Of a stretch of 64,000 bases of DNA, positions 24,950 through 38,589 are shown piece by piece. The position numbers and the translations under genes are program-made. The stretch covers positions 65,596,001 to 65,660,000 of the forward strand of contig OZ038379.1 in the NCBI GenBank assembly GCA_964036045.1, in the 5' to 3' direction. The stretch's first letter is position 1. The number at the start of each line of letters is the position of its first letter. The notes beneath the pieces are model-generated. The model had not been told where the DNA came from, ran no database searches, and saw nothing but the letters and a program-made list of their open reading frames with translations. This stretch comes from Eutreptiella sp. 'Long Island Sound 2002'. Its lineage: Eukaryota > Protista > Euglenida.

Positions 24950-25500
24950 CACCGTCTAAACTTTGCAAGGAATCGACACAAGGGGTCCACTCCTCTGTGC
25001 GAGGCGTGCGTTGATATTTTCCGGGGTCTAAAGCTTGCAATGTACTCCCCTATACAATTGCTGGGTTGACAGATTGCAAGGTCTAGATGCTGCGTTGTAT
25101 GAACATAGGGGGTCAAGTAATTGTACAAGGGCTCCTTTGATGTATTGCACGGTCTAAAGCGTGCAACGTATCAACACATGTCTACCCCATATACAAGTGC
25201 TACAATGATTCGTTGCCGGGTTTAGAGCATGCGGCATATCAATATAGGGGGTCTACTCCCCGATAGGAGTACTGAGTTGATTGAGGGTCTAGAGCTTGGA
25301 ATATATCAAACCAAGGGGTCTGCACCCCGATAACCGTGCTAGCTTGATATATTGCACAGTTTGGACCGTGCAATCTTTCAACGCAAAGGGTGTAATCCCT
25401 GTACAAGGCCTCCGGTGCTATTTTGTGGGGTCTAGACTGTGGGTAAAAGCAGATGGGGAGATATGTTGTCAAGACCTTTACCCTCCCTACAATTGCACAC
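24950..25500 (+). repeat. Degenerate ~70-bp tandem repeat (~8 units)
   Basis: GGTCTA(A/G)AGC(T/G)TGCAA-like motif recurs near 24954, 25025, 25080, 25150, 25219, 25285, 25358 and 25429. Confidence 0.7.
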
Positions 25501-27919
25501 CAAAACATGTAATATCATTGCATAAAACCAATGGTTGTTGTGCACGGCCCAAAAAGCATGCGTTGTACCACTGCCAACGGCCATAGCGCTTGTTGGGCTT
25601 TATGTGGTGTTGGTTCCCTACAATAGAAAGAGCGAAAACGGTGATCATTGCCCTAGGCCCTGAAAGATGTTGGTCGGTGATACCAATGGTGTCAGTTGGA
25701 CCGTACGACCCGTACTAGGGCCCTAGCAGTGGAAGGGGGGGGGGGATAATTCCCACTGGTGGTGATGTTTTTTTTTATAACGATGACACTTGTCCGCCTC
25801 CACCCTATAAAAATTTTCTACGCGTAGAGGAGGTTTTTCTACCCGACCCCCCATTGGCCAACAACCCCCCCTCCAATCCTAAAAGCGCCTACGTTCGGGT
25901 GGTGGAGATGTAGTGGACCTGAGTGTTGACTGTGTCAAACTGCATCTGGGGCGCATGGCCTAACAGCACTACCCACTAACCAACGCCAACGTCGTAACCA
26001 TCATCGCTAGCAACATTGGGCTGTACCCATTGCCGCCACTTGTACCCTCCATACTTTGGCACAGATCGTCGATCGCACGCCTCATCGGTGCCGGCCGCTT
26101 TCGTATTTTCACTAGATATAGCTTGGTAGTTGTCTTGGCCTTAGCGACAATTAGCCAATTCTGCAGCCATTGCTAACCGGCCTTTTGCAAGTTGTGGTTT
26201 TGCTCCAACGCCGCAACTGCTTTCCTCGGTAACACTCCCCGTCGCTCGGCACCCTCTAGGTGTGGGCCGAAGCACAAAACCAAGAAGAATTTCTGTGCAA
26301 TCAGGGCTGCTCAAGAGCAGCGGTCCCAGATTTGGGTCATGTTGGCTACCCATTCTTGGTTGATCTCGTGACCCTTGTAGCAGTTCTCTCCAACTTGGGA
26401 GCACGAGGTACTGTTTGCGCTCAACACCAAGGGTGGGACCAACATTACGGTTTTTTTGGTGTTCATTCAAAATAACCACGTACGTGTCACACAATGAGGC
26501 ATCCAACAGCAGACCCCGATCCGTAGGCGACGTCTCTTCACATGCGACTTCATGTCGCATGTGTCCAGCCTTCCCCTCATGGAGGGTCTCTCGGGCGCTT
26601 GAACCCCAAAATATAGGCCACGTTTATGCCCACCTGAATGCATGTGGCATGAGTCAGGGCTTCCCTTGTGCGAGCATCTTCAGGCACTTGAATCCCTCCT
26701 TAGTCTCCCTTGCCCCGAAATGCAGCTAGTACGGCCCGGAAACACCCGACTTGTCGTTGACACCCGTCCATGCCCGTCGTAGTGGTGGGCCGGAGACCTT
26801 TTGCCCCGCGGTCGGCGGCCCGTGGTATGGACGAACACCGCAAGACACCACACAACCCACACGGCAGCCAAAGGGAGTAAGGAAAAACTTCGGATGCAAG
26901 TGCAAGATTAATATCCCCCTAAAAGCCCAAAAATTACCCAGAAGTTGGCATGGCAGGGCTCCAAATCCAGAATGTGCTCGCAACCTAGGTACATGGCCCA
27001 AACGTCGTCTCGGCCGCTTTTTGAATTACTCCCCCTGTGTCTTGATGTGGTTGGCGTCGAGTTTGCCTTGCCCCTTTTCCTACCACGTGTGTGTCTACTC
27101 ATCTTCTACAAAGCTGCTGGCTGTTGTTGCTACTCGTGCCCGTAGCTGCTGCTCATGCCCCGGTCTGGGCCAACAAGAGCCGGAAAGGGTAGAAGGCGCT
27201 GGTGATAATGTAGGGATGGCAAAGGAGGATGAAAGAGAGGAGGCCATTTCAAGAACACTCGGCGATGCGAAATGTGCACGTGCAACTTGCAGTTGCAGGC
27301 ACGCGGATCACACACAAGCAGAGAGGCACCTATGCACAGAGATGGGCGACTTCCGATGTATCAGGCCCGGAGGGCTGGAATCGTCTTTGTTTGAGACGGT
27401 TGAGATGCATACACAACGATGATGTAAGATGGTTGATATAATGAAAGACGAAGGCAGTAAAGGCAAGCCAACCAAAGCATTCGTGCGTAATGTTGTTGCC
27501 GGCCCTTTGTTGCATATGGGACTCTTGTTGCGCTTTGCCTTGTAGAAGCCCGAAGCCGATTCGCTTCGCGCTGCCCGGCTTGGAGAGATAGATTCACCAT
27601 AAGTACCCCGGGGGGACCCTTCACAAGTGTTCTGCTTTCCTTGCCCTTGGAGGGTGCGGAGCTTGCACCGGATGAATGGCTAACAAGACGAGCAAGGGCA
27701 CATATGATGTTTGTGTCAGACTGTTGACATGAACAGGTGGTAGTTCGTGGTATCACAATGTTGTGGAACAAAGAATTCTAGCCCACACTGATTCGTGCAT
27801 AGTGAAAACCATCAAACCGGGCTTCCACATTTTTAAACAGAAAGCAAGTATCGGCGTCAAAAAAAAAATTCCATGTCGGATGGTCTTTTTTTTTACATCC
27901 AACCACAACTTTGCACCCG

Positions 27920-28275
27920 GGATTTGTACATCGACCCGCCACGCTGTACTAATCTACAGGCCAAGGAGGTTGCTCTTACCTACTTTGCGGAATGTTACAA
28001 GGCCTCACGCAGTCCATTTACCTCCTATACTTGGAGCAAGATGTGGCCATGGCACTTCACCAACGTGGCGCGGCTATCGCTGGGGTTGGCCGCCGTGTGC
28101 ACGGATGTTGTCGATAGCCACTATGCTATCGACAAGTGGGCCGGCCTACGATGACCACACGGCCCACAATGCGGAAATAACGGGGGCAACGGCATTGGAA
28201 TTTGTATCGGAGGTGGTCTTATTGGTTTGGGGCTCCCGATTTTCTAAGTTTCACGTGCCATTAACAAACGGCGGG
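27920..28275 (+). pseudogene. RAG1-core/Transib-like transposase, family 1, copy 5 (C-terminal fragment)
   Basis: Frameshifted QSIYLLYLEQDVAMA/TNVARLSLGLAAVCTDVVDSHYAI/AYDDHTA...GATALEFVSEVVLLVW...FSKFHVPL matches the C-terminus of copy 4. Confidence 0.7.
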
Positions 28276-31200
28276 ACCCCCCATAGGCCATGGCCAACCA
28301 AAGACTAGTTCCGACCCTTCCTGTTACTTTGGGACAGTGTTTTTGCATGAATTAGTGGCTAATTCTCACTGTGCCAACGAGAAAGGAATCGAGATCGGAT
28401 TTTTCAGTCCTATCACAATAGATGAAGGATTGCATGGGCCCCTATGTCACCTGAAAAAGCCCACAGCCCTCATACAGGGTCAGCAATTTTCTGCCCTGTT
28501 TGTACTCATCGTGTGCAATACCCCCCTCGGCGTTTTTTTTCTCCTCACTTGGCTCCTTCTTCTCCTGCCGATTCACGCCGAAGTTATTTTAAAGCATTTC
28601 AAGGACACACTCAAGAGGAAGAATCAAAACTTGGATGTTTTTGTTGCGTTTTTGCATGTTTTCGCGTAGGTTGTTCTGTTATTAGTCTTGTTAAGTTAAT
28701 CTCAATGCCAGGAATAGTTAATAATGCATACATAAATTATTATTCAAAAGGATAATACCAACGTGGAATATTTAAGATATTTGTCCCAGAACAGCACCAA
28801 TACTTGCTGCGCCTGCAGCCCTCAGCAGCCATGGGCTATTGCCGGCAGTGGCGTCAAGACAAGGTCGCGCTCTTTGCGCTATTGTGGGAGGCCATCTTGG
28901 CCACGCCGTGCTTGCGTATGACAATGCAAGGGAAGCCGCCTACGAGGGGGCTGTTCTTGTCTCGTTGGGAGGCCAACACCGCTGCCAAGGCGACCAGCAT
29001 CGCGGCTTGAAGCACATCAACACCCCCATTAGTGGTCCCCATGGAGGCACTTAGCGCCTTCACCAAACTTCGGACAGCAATAGCCGTTCTCCAAGCCCAA
29101 GGTTCTTAACAGCTGCTTACTTGTTTGAAGGAAATTTTCCGTTGTCTCCTTTTCTTTTATTAGGCTCAGATTTCATTTCTTAAATGGCTTTCAAATATTC
29201 CTAATGCATGTGAGCGATTACATTACTAAGATGACCGAAGTTGCTCCAAACATTAATGATGTTCTCTTGGTTTCTTTTTGCGTCCCCAAGGTAGTTGTCA
29301 ACGCCACCAATGCACGCCCCGTTTGCATTGTGTGGAAGGATAGAGACGAGGCTCAAGACTTGCCATTGGGCTCTTTGCTCAGCGTCCCTCCCGAAGGTCC
29401 GGGCTTGGGGGGGCCATTGTCACCAGGTTGAGAGGATCGGGAATAGGGGTGGGTCCGCTCGGAGGTATGGGGCGCCTCCAACCAGTACAACGCAAGGGAA
29501 TGGGCAACGATAGCGTTTATGGCGTCCATAGGTGGAGAGGATCAGTAGATGTGTCTGCAAGCGGGGGGGGGGGATACCCATGCAGCCCTACTGTTGCCGA
29601 AACCAAAGCATGGGAGTCCATCATCCGAACGCGACGGGGCACAACAAAAGGTGGGAGTCCATCACCCTAGATGAAGGGCCCACAACGAATCCTGCGAGAC
29701 CATCGGCCCTATACACATCGCCAAACATTGGTGACTGTTCCGGGAAAAAATCAACAGCTAGACACAAGAACACGTGTTTCAAGTTGATGAACAAAGTGGA
29801 AAAATGCTGATGACCTTGGGAGATGACCATTTTTTTGTGCCAATTGGCCATTCCATATGGAAACACAACCATACAAGCAAGAGTTACACCGCATTCCAGC
29901 AAGACTTGCTTGCTGGAGTCTTGGTTTCGTCCAACCAATATAGGTTGTTGAGCAACCAAGGGATCAATTGCAGCTGTGTTGCCGTGGGCACCCATATGTT
30001 TCCAGGCTACATCCCTCAAGAGAGCCCTACACTCAACGGATAGTTCGTTTTCCGCTAGGAGATGCCTACCGCCGTCGTTCATTGTCAAGGCGCCAAGGTT
30101 ACCAGCTTGCTCGGCGCCTCCTCTTCCTCAGGCCTCGAGTTTTCCGACGGGCATATGCTCGAAAGATGAAGAAGGTCCCCAAGCTCAAACCAATCGCGCA
30201 AACGGGTCCCTTGACCAACCCCTTGACCAACCGCATAACTGAAACTAAACCCAAGTGAAGAAACCCTCCCAATGACTCTACCCAAGAGAATGCACCATTG
30301 TGGGGGGGAGCCTACGCAGATGTCAAGTTGAGGAACACGAAAGAGGCACTGCAACGTTGACAAGGGACTCTAGCCGAGTGTTAACCGGACACAGTGATAT
30401 AGTTGTTCGAAAGCAGCAAGCATGGGACAAGGCGGTGGTGCTCACTGACGTCGGAGGATGGGTTGTGCGGTGCTGTTGTGATGTGGCATCGTGGCAAAGG
30501 ACCACCCCTCATCGTTGCAATGGCCCATTCAACCACAAAACTTGCATTGGTTTGTACGTTGGAAGTTGAGTTTAAGATCTTTACTTTGGATCACTTTTCC
30601 TCATCCTGTTAGTCATTTGCCAGAGGCGCAAGAAGGGAGAGAATGACTAGGCCCGGGTGTCTAAGTTCTTCTAGTCAAACGGAGGTGATGTTTGTGACCT
30701 TTTCACCCTGTGGCCTTGAGTTGGACGCGAGCGGCCTTGGGATTCCACTAGTTTCGACTAAGAATGCGTGTTTCGCTTCAAGGGTATTTTATTCGAGTGC
30801 AAACCAACTTCTTTGACCTCCGTCTCTAGACAACTTAGCAAAGGACTAAGGAAGGGTAGGCAGGAGAGCGGAGGAGGACACTGCGCTTATGTGGTCTAAC
30901 CAACTGCTGCACAAGACATGGTTGGCGAACTCAGACAGGGTACAAGCAAGGACGCAAACTGGCCGAATGACCGTGACCCTAACCCACAACAGTCGGCAAG
31001 GGAGGCGAAATGGGTCGTGAAGAGGAGTGACGAAGAGGAGCAACATGGAAGGCGCCAGGACGGGAGGCGGTAGTCCCGCTGCCAAGGATACAGGCTGTGG
31101 ATTGAGAAGATGGTGGGCAGCAGGAACAGAGGGAAGGGGGCAAGGGGATTAGCGGGGAGCTGCGGGGTCGGGAACCTACCGCTCCGTCCGTCGGCCCTGG

Positions 31201-31619
31201 AATCGGGGCAACGTGATTGGCCAGGCGTGGCAACGGTAGCCGGGGCAGCCTCCGCCCAAGTTCCTTGAATTTCCGTGGAGGTTGCGGAGCACATGGGGGG
31301 GGGGGGGGGGCATCGTAGGTGGTACCTGTGTTTTAAGGCATAGCACCCCCGAGTCTGTTCCCGGCCTCTGTTGCCAGTGGCACGTCACCCAGGCCCACAA
31401 TGCATGTCGTGAGGAAGGAGTTCATGTATGTTCCGAAACCCTTTGGAGTGGAAGGGGGGGAAAGGTTTCTAACGAACGCACTACGTCTTTAAGAAACCTT
31501 CTCTCTGTGCACTATATGCCCACAACGTACGCCCACATTATGCCCGCACAACGTTGTGTGCACGGAAGCACCGTGTGCCCTTCGTGAGGATCTCCTCCAT
31601 GGGTTCTGCAAACATCGGA

Positions 31620-31850
31620 GGCCCAAAAGTGGGAAGATATGCTCCATCACCCCTGCATTTTCGAGCATCCCGGAACAAAAGGGAACAAAATCAGAATTGG
31701 ATGCCTCACCTCTGTCCTCTTGGGTGCTGAAAAGTAACCCGAAATGCTACAGCACTCCTGCATACTCGGGGATCCCCAACAAAGGGGACAGAATCAAAGC
31801 CCAAAAAACCCAAAAGAACACTTTTGGATCTTGCCCTTGATGCTGCCCCC
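31620..31850 (-). repeat. Dispersed partial copies of the 170-bp repeat family
   Basis: Reverse complement matches CTGATTTTGTTCCCTTT...GAATGCAGGGGTGATG of the 49215-49670 array. Confidence 0.8.
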
Positions 31851-32367
31851 GCTGAGGTTTGAACCCATGACCCTTCGGTTGCAGAGGCACCGCTTTACGC
31901 ACTAGGGTATGGACGATCTCTGAGATACCTATGCACAAGGGTGGTATTGATATATGGTCCAGTTTGGCTTTGGTCCATTATTGGGTTCTCTTGTGAAAAC
32001 TGAGTATTTCGAGTATGGACACATGGGGTGAAAACCCATTTTTTGACCCTCCACTAGTTGAAGCAAAATTTCCTGAGGGGCCTTGGGCGCCCATGGTCCG
32101 GCACTTCCCACCCAAAAACCAGCACGGAGGCGGGGAAGGGGGGTCGGCGTAGTGGACCGGTCCCTGTGCCCCCCCCCCCCCTCCTAGTACCCTCCCGTAA
32201 CACCACAACCCCCGACCCCCCATCCCCCCCTTACATGCGCGGGTGGAGAACATGCAACTACATCTGTCGCACGCACAAATTGGGGCCCAGCCCCTTGTGG
32301 CACCGCTACGTGCTATGAACATTGGGGTTGTACTGCACGGCATCGCTTACAGTAAAGAATCACACAT

Positions 32368-32730
32368 CTACCGCAGAAGATTAGATCGGGAGAGCGCACC
32401 TTCATCAACGTAAACTCTGCACCGTAGGAGAAAGTAGAATAGTGAAGGAGCGTGCAAGAGTGCTTGCTCAAGAGTATTAGCGGATTCAAACACCTGGGGG
32501 CAAAAATTCACCGACAACAAGGAGTAATGCAAGCAACACCAACAAAAAGCATGCACGACGAGCAACCCCAATCACTCACCTGGTAGTGTCCCTATTGACA
32601 CCTGGTTTGCAACTTTGGTCCGCGACTCAACCATAGTGTCGTGCATCTCTGAGCACATCCAGGAGCGGATGTTGTCGATAGTGGGGTTGTCGTTGAGGGT
32701 GCTCCTCCTCTGTACCTCACGCAACAATGC
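32368..32730 (-). pseudogene. Two-exon fragment of an unknown gene with an 86-bp GT-AG intron (32494-32579)
   Basis: CCAG|GTGAGT donor and TTTTTGCCCCCAG|G acceptor join ALLREVQRRSTLNDNPTIDNIRSWM... to VFESANTLEQALLH.... The exon phases disagree, suggesting decay. Confidence 0.4.
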
Positions 32731-33899
32731 CTAAAAGCCCCCGCACGAGCCCCCAACCCACGCTTCCCCCCCTCCTACAGCTTTTAGTTTGCGAACATAC
32801 ATACCACAAAATATTTAGTGCGATGAGGGGGTCATTTTAAGCCATATATGTTGGGGTCCGGGTGCCCGCCTCCCCTTCAGCTAACCCGAGACCCCCCCCC
32901 CCCCCCGCCGCCGCCTTCAAATTGGTTGAAAGTGGGAGAGAGTCGGCGTATGGCCCGGTGGTACGCCCCCCCCCCCCCCCCCCCCTCCACGCGGGGGAGA
33001 GGGGTTGCGACGCATGTGCTCCTTCAATCCGTCGGAGGACCGGGTTCATGTGATTGGTCACGCCTAGCCATGGTGGGCGCGCAGCACAAGAGGGGGGGGG
33101 GGGGCAAGCACTATGGCGACCATGAGGAGTGCCCAATCCAACGGCCAATTAGCTTTGAGCCTCCACATCTCGTGTGGCTTCATCTCAAAGCGACTAGGTA
33201 TGTAATTGGAGAATTTAGTATCTAAGCGTCAAGCAAGGTTGTGGTATTTATCTTGGTGGTCAGCGGCAAGACCCGGGTAGCGCCCTTAATTAGCGCCCTC
33301 TTGCAATGGGACAACAGCACACTAATGGGACCCAATCAACGCTCCGGCGTAGATGGCAGTGTGTGTACGCTAGTGATGGACCCTATTGGGTGTGGTCACC
33401 AACAATGGGAGTTGCGCAATACTAGGCTCCAATTGGTGACCGAGAATTGGGTACGCACTTGGAAGAGCCTGCATGAGGAGAGTGTTGCACAATCAGCCTG
33501 ACCATAGTATGTCATCACCCGGTACACTATTGAGACTAATGGGTTGGTACTCCAGCCAGCCCACCCCAGACCTCGAACTTTTCTACATGCTTCATGATGA
33601 ATTGTTGGATACTTGGGCGTACTTGCTTTCTTGCCATTTGGGGGATGCTCCCACCGTCACCAACAACTATGCGGACGTGCTTCATGGGCACGAGCCCACG
33701 TCGTTGGTGTGGTTTTAACATGTGTGCTCTTATCCACGAGAATCGACTCTTCACCAGTGGCTTCACGTGTTGCCGGTGCCCCCTTGGGGTTGCCCAATTT
33801 GGGTGTTGGGTGCCGTGTAGGAGGAGCATCTCTCGACTCTCAATTTCTGTTACCAACTTTGCTCATACCACGTGTCACACTTCTTTGGGCACCTGAGCA

Positions 33900-34980
33900 C
33901 AATATTCCTTTGTCTACGACGTAGATGACGAAATGGGCGCTTCTAGAGGTCGGGAAAAACACCCTTGGTTTTACGACGCTTCCGGGTGTTTTTGAGGTGG
34001 CCCGACGCACTCGCGCATGAGTTTTCATGCGGTTCATCCATTTTCAAGGAGAGAAGCACTTTGCATGTTGCCTCTGCCTCTGCCTCCTGGTCCTTGTAGG
34101 GGACTCGTTCTTCGGGTCACACGCCACCGCACAACGGCTTGCGCGTTAGGGCCGCCCCTTCATCACCATGGTGCGAAAGGACACGGCCGGTGTCCTGCAA
34201 GCCGGTGACCGCATCCAGGCCGGGCAAACGGCTGTGGCCACGGTTGACGGCCACAAGTACGCCTTGCAGGTGTACAAGCAGCCGAAAACCGGAGGCAAAC
34301 CTTCCAAATTGGTGGCGATCTTCTCCAACGTGTGTTACGCTGCGCGGGTCCCCCTGCACCACACGGGCCGGGAAATCCACCCCCTCGTTGCTGTGTACCG
34401 CCAACTGGCACGGGGGGTGGACTCTGCCAACCAGATGGCGTTGCAGATGCGCCTCTTGGGAAGGCAGATGTCATGGTCGCAAGCCGTGCGAGGCTTCTTG
34501 CTGCGATGCGCCGCGGCCAACGCGTTTGCAACCTGCCGCGCCCTAGAAAGGTGCCGTGGCACGGATAGCATGTGGGAGTGGCAGTGGGCCCTCCTTCGCC
34601 GCCGCTACTGTACCGATGCGCAGCCGCGCCGCAACATCCACGTCCCCGTTGCCGGCGCCCAACGGCGCACTTGTGCACATTGCGGCAAAGGCCGCACACA
34701 ATACGTGTGTAGCGGATGCCCGGACACCCCGTGGCATGTGCAATGCTTTGCACCCGCGCACGGGATCACTACAACGGGCACGGAGGACGCCGAGGGAAGC
34801 GAGCCGCCCCTTAGCCAGGAGACTCAAGAGGGGAACGCCGGGGAGGAGGACCCGGAAGCGGACGGCGCGGACGAGGAGGAGGCGGATAGCGATGAGGAGG
34901 AAGAAGAGGAGGAAGCGGAGGACGCTAGAGGGAGCGCAGAGGACGATACGTTGGAGAACCTCTCCTTCAGCGTGCAGTAG
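33900..34980 (+). pseudogene. piggyBac-like transposase (decayed)
   Basis: VDDEMGASRGR (first Asp, ~33925, different frame); LVGDSFFGS (second Asp, ~34100); HPLVAVYRQLARGVDSANQ (third Asp, ~34420); W...LLRCAAANAF; C-terminal HVP...RRTCAHCGKGRTQYVCSGCPDTPWHVQCFAPAH Cys-rich domain. In-frame TAG near 34148. Confidence 0.88.
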
Positions 34981-35139
34981 ACGGGGTGGCGGAGGCGGCC
35001 GTGGTGGGATCGAGAAGGTCATGGCCGCCAAGCCTCTGCCATCCCCACCCATGGGGACCAGTGCAAAACCTGGGGGGGACCAACCGCGTAGGCTGGATAC
35101 CCAACTGTGAGGACGCGCCCCCCCCAACATAGGTGTGCT

Positions 35140-35280
35140 GTGTTTTACGCGTTATCCGCGTTCTGCTCGTTCCGGTTCAGTGCTTCCGCACATGCTTCTG
35201 GAAGCGTTTTCCGCGTTCTCCGCGTTATCCGCGTTCCGGAGCGTTCTGGAGCGTTTTCCGCGTTCTGCGCGTTCTCCTAG
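35140..35280 (+). repeat. Array of CCGCGTT(A/C/T) motifs, possibly subterminal repeats of the piggyBac element
   Basis: Repeated CGCGTT units read directly; the link to piggyBac is positional only and no TTAA-flanked TIR was found. Confidence 0.6.
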
Positions 35281-38200
35281 CTTACGGGGATAACGTACTA
35301 GCAGGTATGGTGAGTGGAAGCCCAAAAATGGCGCTTCTGTAGACAAAGGAATATGCGGATGCCGCTGCACATGACAAACCAATTAGGCCACACAGCTAAT
35401 GAGGCAAAAGAGACAGGGGGGCACTGCATTGGCACCTCGCCACAAGCTGTTGCGCGGAACACCGCTTTGGGTAGCAGGGTCCATGCGGCGGATGCGATGG
35501 TCCGCATGTTAGTGTAGTTGGACGGGGACACACACTTGATTTTGCACAATGCAGTTGACAAATCCACAACCTAGGCCTGAGGCGTGTCTAGATGCAGCCA
35601 AAATTGTTCTAGTTTGAGCGCCATGGAGGACTTCGTGAACAACCGACCGGAGCATTCTTTTTTTGTAATGCGGATGTGCGTTACAGAAAGTGGTGGTCCG
35701 TACGGAGGATGGTTGTATGGTGTATATGGTACTGCACATTGCACAAGGCGTTGCACAACTCGGTGGTATGTACGTACTGAAAATTTAAATTCTTATGGCT
35801 GAATAGTTGTAGGGAAGTGTGCGCCTAAAGTTACCTGTGTGCGGAAATCACTTGCTCCTGGAAAAAGATCACTTTCAGCCCAACGATGAAGAACAACAGA
35901 TAATGATGCACAATTCACAATGTTTTTGAAAATGAATTTCTTGTTATTATTGATTAGTTATTAATAATTGAACATCTTTGCATCATCTTGCGTGTCATGT
36001 TCTATAACCCTTCATGGCTACCCGAAATTTGATTGCGCCCATATGAGTGGCAAAGCAAACCAACTGGAGAGCGGTTCGGCGTGCCGTGGTGGCATATAGT
36101 TGGCATCACACTAGCATATTACATCATCACCAAGGTGGAGCTGCCCACACTGACTTCTAAATACTGGTCTCATACAGGGTATTACTACGTCAACCACCTC
36201 TAATTGTTTCACACCCCTACTTGCCTTCTGGGATTCTTAGAATCCCAACCCCTCCCCCACGGCACTGAACACTTTCCCCCGGCCGTTGGGTACATGTCGT
36301 GAACCACAGCTGCATTACGTAAGTGGCGGATTGAAGGGGCGGGTGTTCGGCCAACTGCTTCCGGCGCGACACCTCGATAATAATAACAAACCGAGGAGCC
36401 CAATAGAAGGATTTCGAAGCTTTCTAGCGGTCCGACACGCCGTAATAGATCTTGGGGAAGTGGTGCCAATCATTTTAACCGTTAGTAGATCAGCAGAGCT
36501 CTGAGAAAATACGACATTCAACCACACAGCAGCAAAAAATGACCGATCGAACCACACCGTAGCATGCATGTGGGGGGCAACACCCAAAGGAACCAAAAAC
36601 TAACCGCATGCAAAGAGGGATCGCGCGAAAACAAGAACAACATCCATTCAAAGTGCACCAACAACTCGCATCCTTGGATAGCACCCCGAAGTAGCAGCAT
36701 GCTACCAGAGCACCAAGGAAGGACAACATCCATCCAGGCTCCACCAAAAAAAAAACTGCATCCATCCGGACACCACTGGGAAGTACCAGTTCTCTATTTT
36801 GGTACCGGGATTGCTTAGATGGAAAAAAAGAGGAACAAAATCATTACATGCAAACGGTTCAAAATTTCCATCGCGGAATGCAAAAAAGGCCGTAGAAAAT
36901 TCAATAAATTTTCAACTTTGGACTTCGCGGAAACACAAATTTCGCGAATTCTTACACTTCGGCTGGCATGGACCGCTAGTAGATTTGAATACCCATTTTC
37001 TCAAAAGTGCCTTCATTGCATGAAGTACGTCTGAAAACCATTGTAGAAACATGTCCAAATGGGGCCTTCGGGAAAAAAAGCGCTCTGTTGACGTTTTTTT
37101 TATAGGTGTCATATTACCAGTACATTGGCAAGTTCAAAAGGTTGATGCATTTTCCCCACTAGAGTTCTTGTAATGCGGGTGAACACACAAGTTACCTATT
37201 TTGGTCGTGTATTTTATGTTTGGAGCAAGAAGAATACTTTCGACGGCCTTCCTTTTTTCAAACAACGTTTTATTACGCAGTGTGAGACTACATTATAATG
37301 GGTTGCATGCATTGAAAGTTTGTGCCGTAGTTTCAACGGAGCAGTAGCTTCACTAACTCCAAATGCCCTGCATATTTTATTTGCCCTTGCACACTCCGTA
37401 GGGCTCTTTTTCAAACTAGCGTAAACCGGAACCCATTACATGCGGGGGTTTAACGGGTGTCCCAGCAAGGGTTCCACCAACGAAACCCCCCCATACGAAG
37501 GGTTTGGCGGAGATGCAGCGGAGATTCTAGCGCTCGAACCAGTTCCAACGCGAGTTCTAGTGCAGGTTCTAACAATCCATTTTTGCTTCTCTCCATGCCT
37601 CAGCTCCTCCTTGTTCTGTTGTGGACAATGTCCAGCCAATTGCACGCCTTTTCCCCTCTGTCCGAATGGCACATGACGGCCTTCCGCGCGGTTGGGACCG
37701 TCAGGTACGCAGGCCCCCCGCAAGTACTCTATGCCCGCGTGGATGTCCCGGACCCAATGGCTGCCATTGACCTGCATGTTGTCAGTGTCAGCTCCCGCCT
37801 CCGCATTTGCCGGCCCCTAGTAACGAGCCGCGCTGCGGCGCGGCTGGGTGCGATCATGCAGGCTGTGACAGACGTGAGCCCCGCAGTCTCCGTCATCTAG
37901 GTGGGCCTGCCGGCGTACACCAAGGCCTCTTGGGGAATTTTGCTGGACCACAACCAACCTGGAGCCCAATGGCACCCTCCGCTTCCAGGTGGGCAAGGCC
38001 CCTTTGGGAGAACCCGTGTTTACCACCAACGACCCCCACACTAAGAAGCTGGGCAAGGACCTCCTCACCCTCACCTGCCCCCACCATGAACACCAATTGA
38101 ACATACTAATTCGACACATCCACCGATACCTCAACTCCATGGTGCCCTCAGCGCCGTCCAACTGTTCCCCCTCCCCCGACACCCCCTATTGGTGGCAACC

Positions 38201-38589
38201 AGACAAACTAGGTCTCCACACCCCTGGTTTCAATGGAGGTCCCCAACAACTTTATTCCACTCACTCTGACCCTTCCTCCCCCCCTCATTGAAGTCAAGGA
38301 AGCCAGCGTCGATTCCTTGGTGACCTAGATTAAAGGTAATGTTGTTAATCTTTAATATTGAAATTATTAATTGGTTCACACGTTAGCTTGCTAGGTATTA
38401 ACAAATTCATTCACTTTTTGGACAATTGTGTTTTTCTTTTTGTGTGCATACCACGATATGTAGAGGTTGTTATGGGTTACATTGCTTCATCACGGGATGG
38501 TAGATAGGTTCCAATGGTATCTGGATTGGTATGTCGGACACCAGCCCCTCTTCAAGCACACCGTTCACCTCACTCATATCACTCTCTTC

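Noticed and set aside
35298-35760. LEQFW...CVSPSN...RTIAS as a hAT dimerisation domain
   Set aside because: Key residues (ER.FS) are missing and no linked catalytic region is present; too weak to call.
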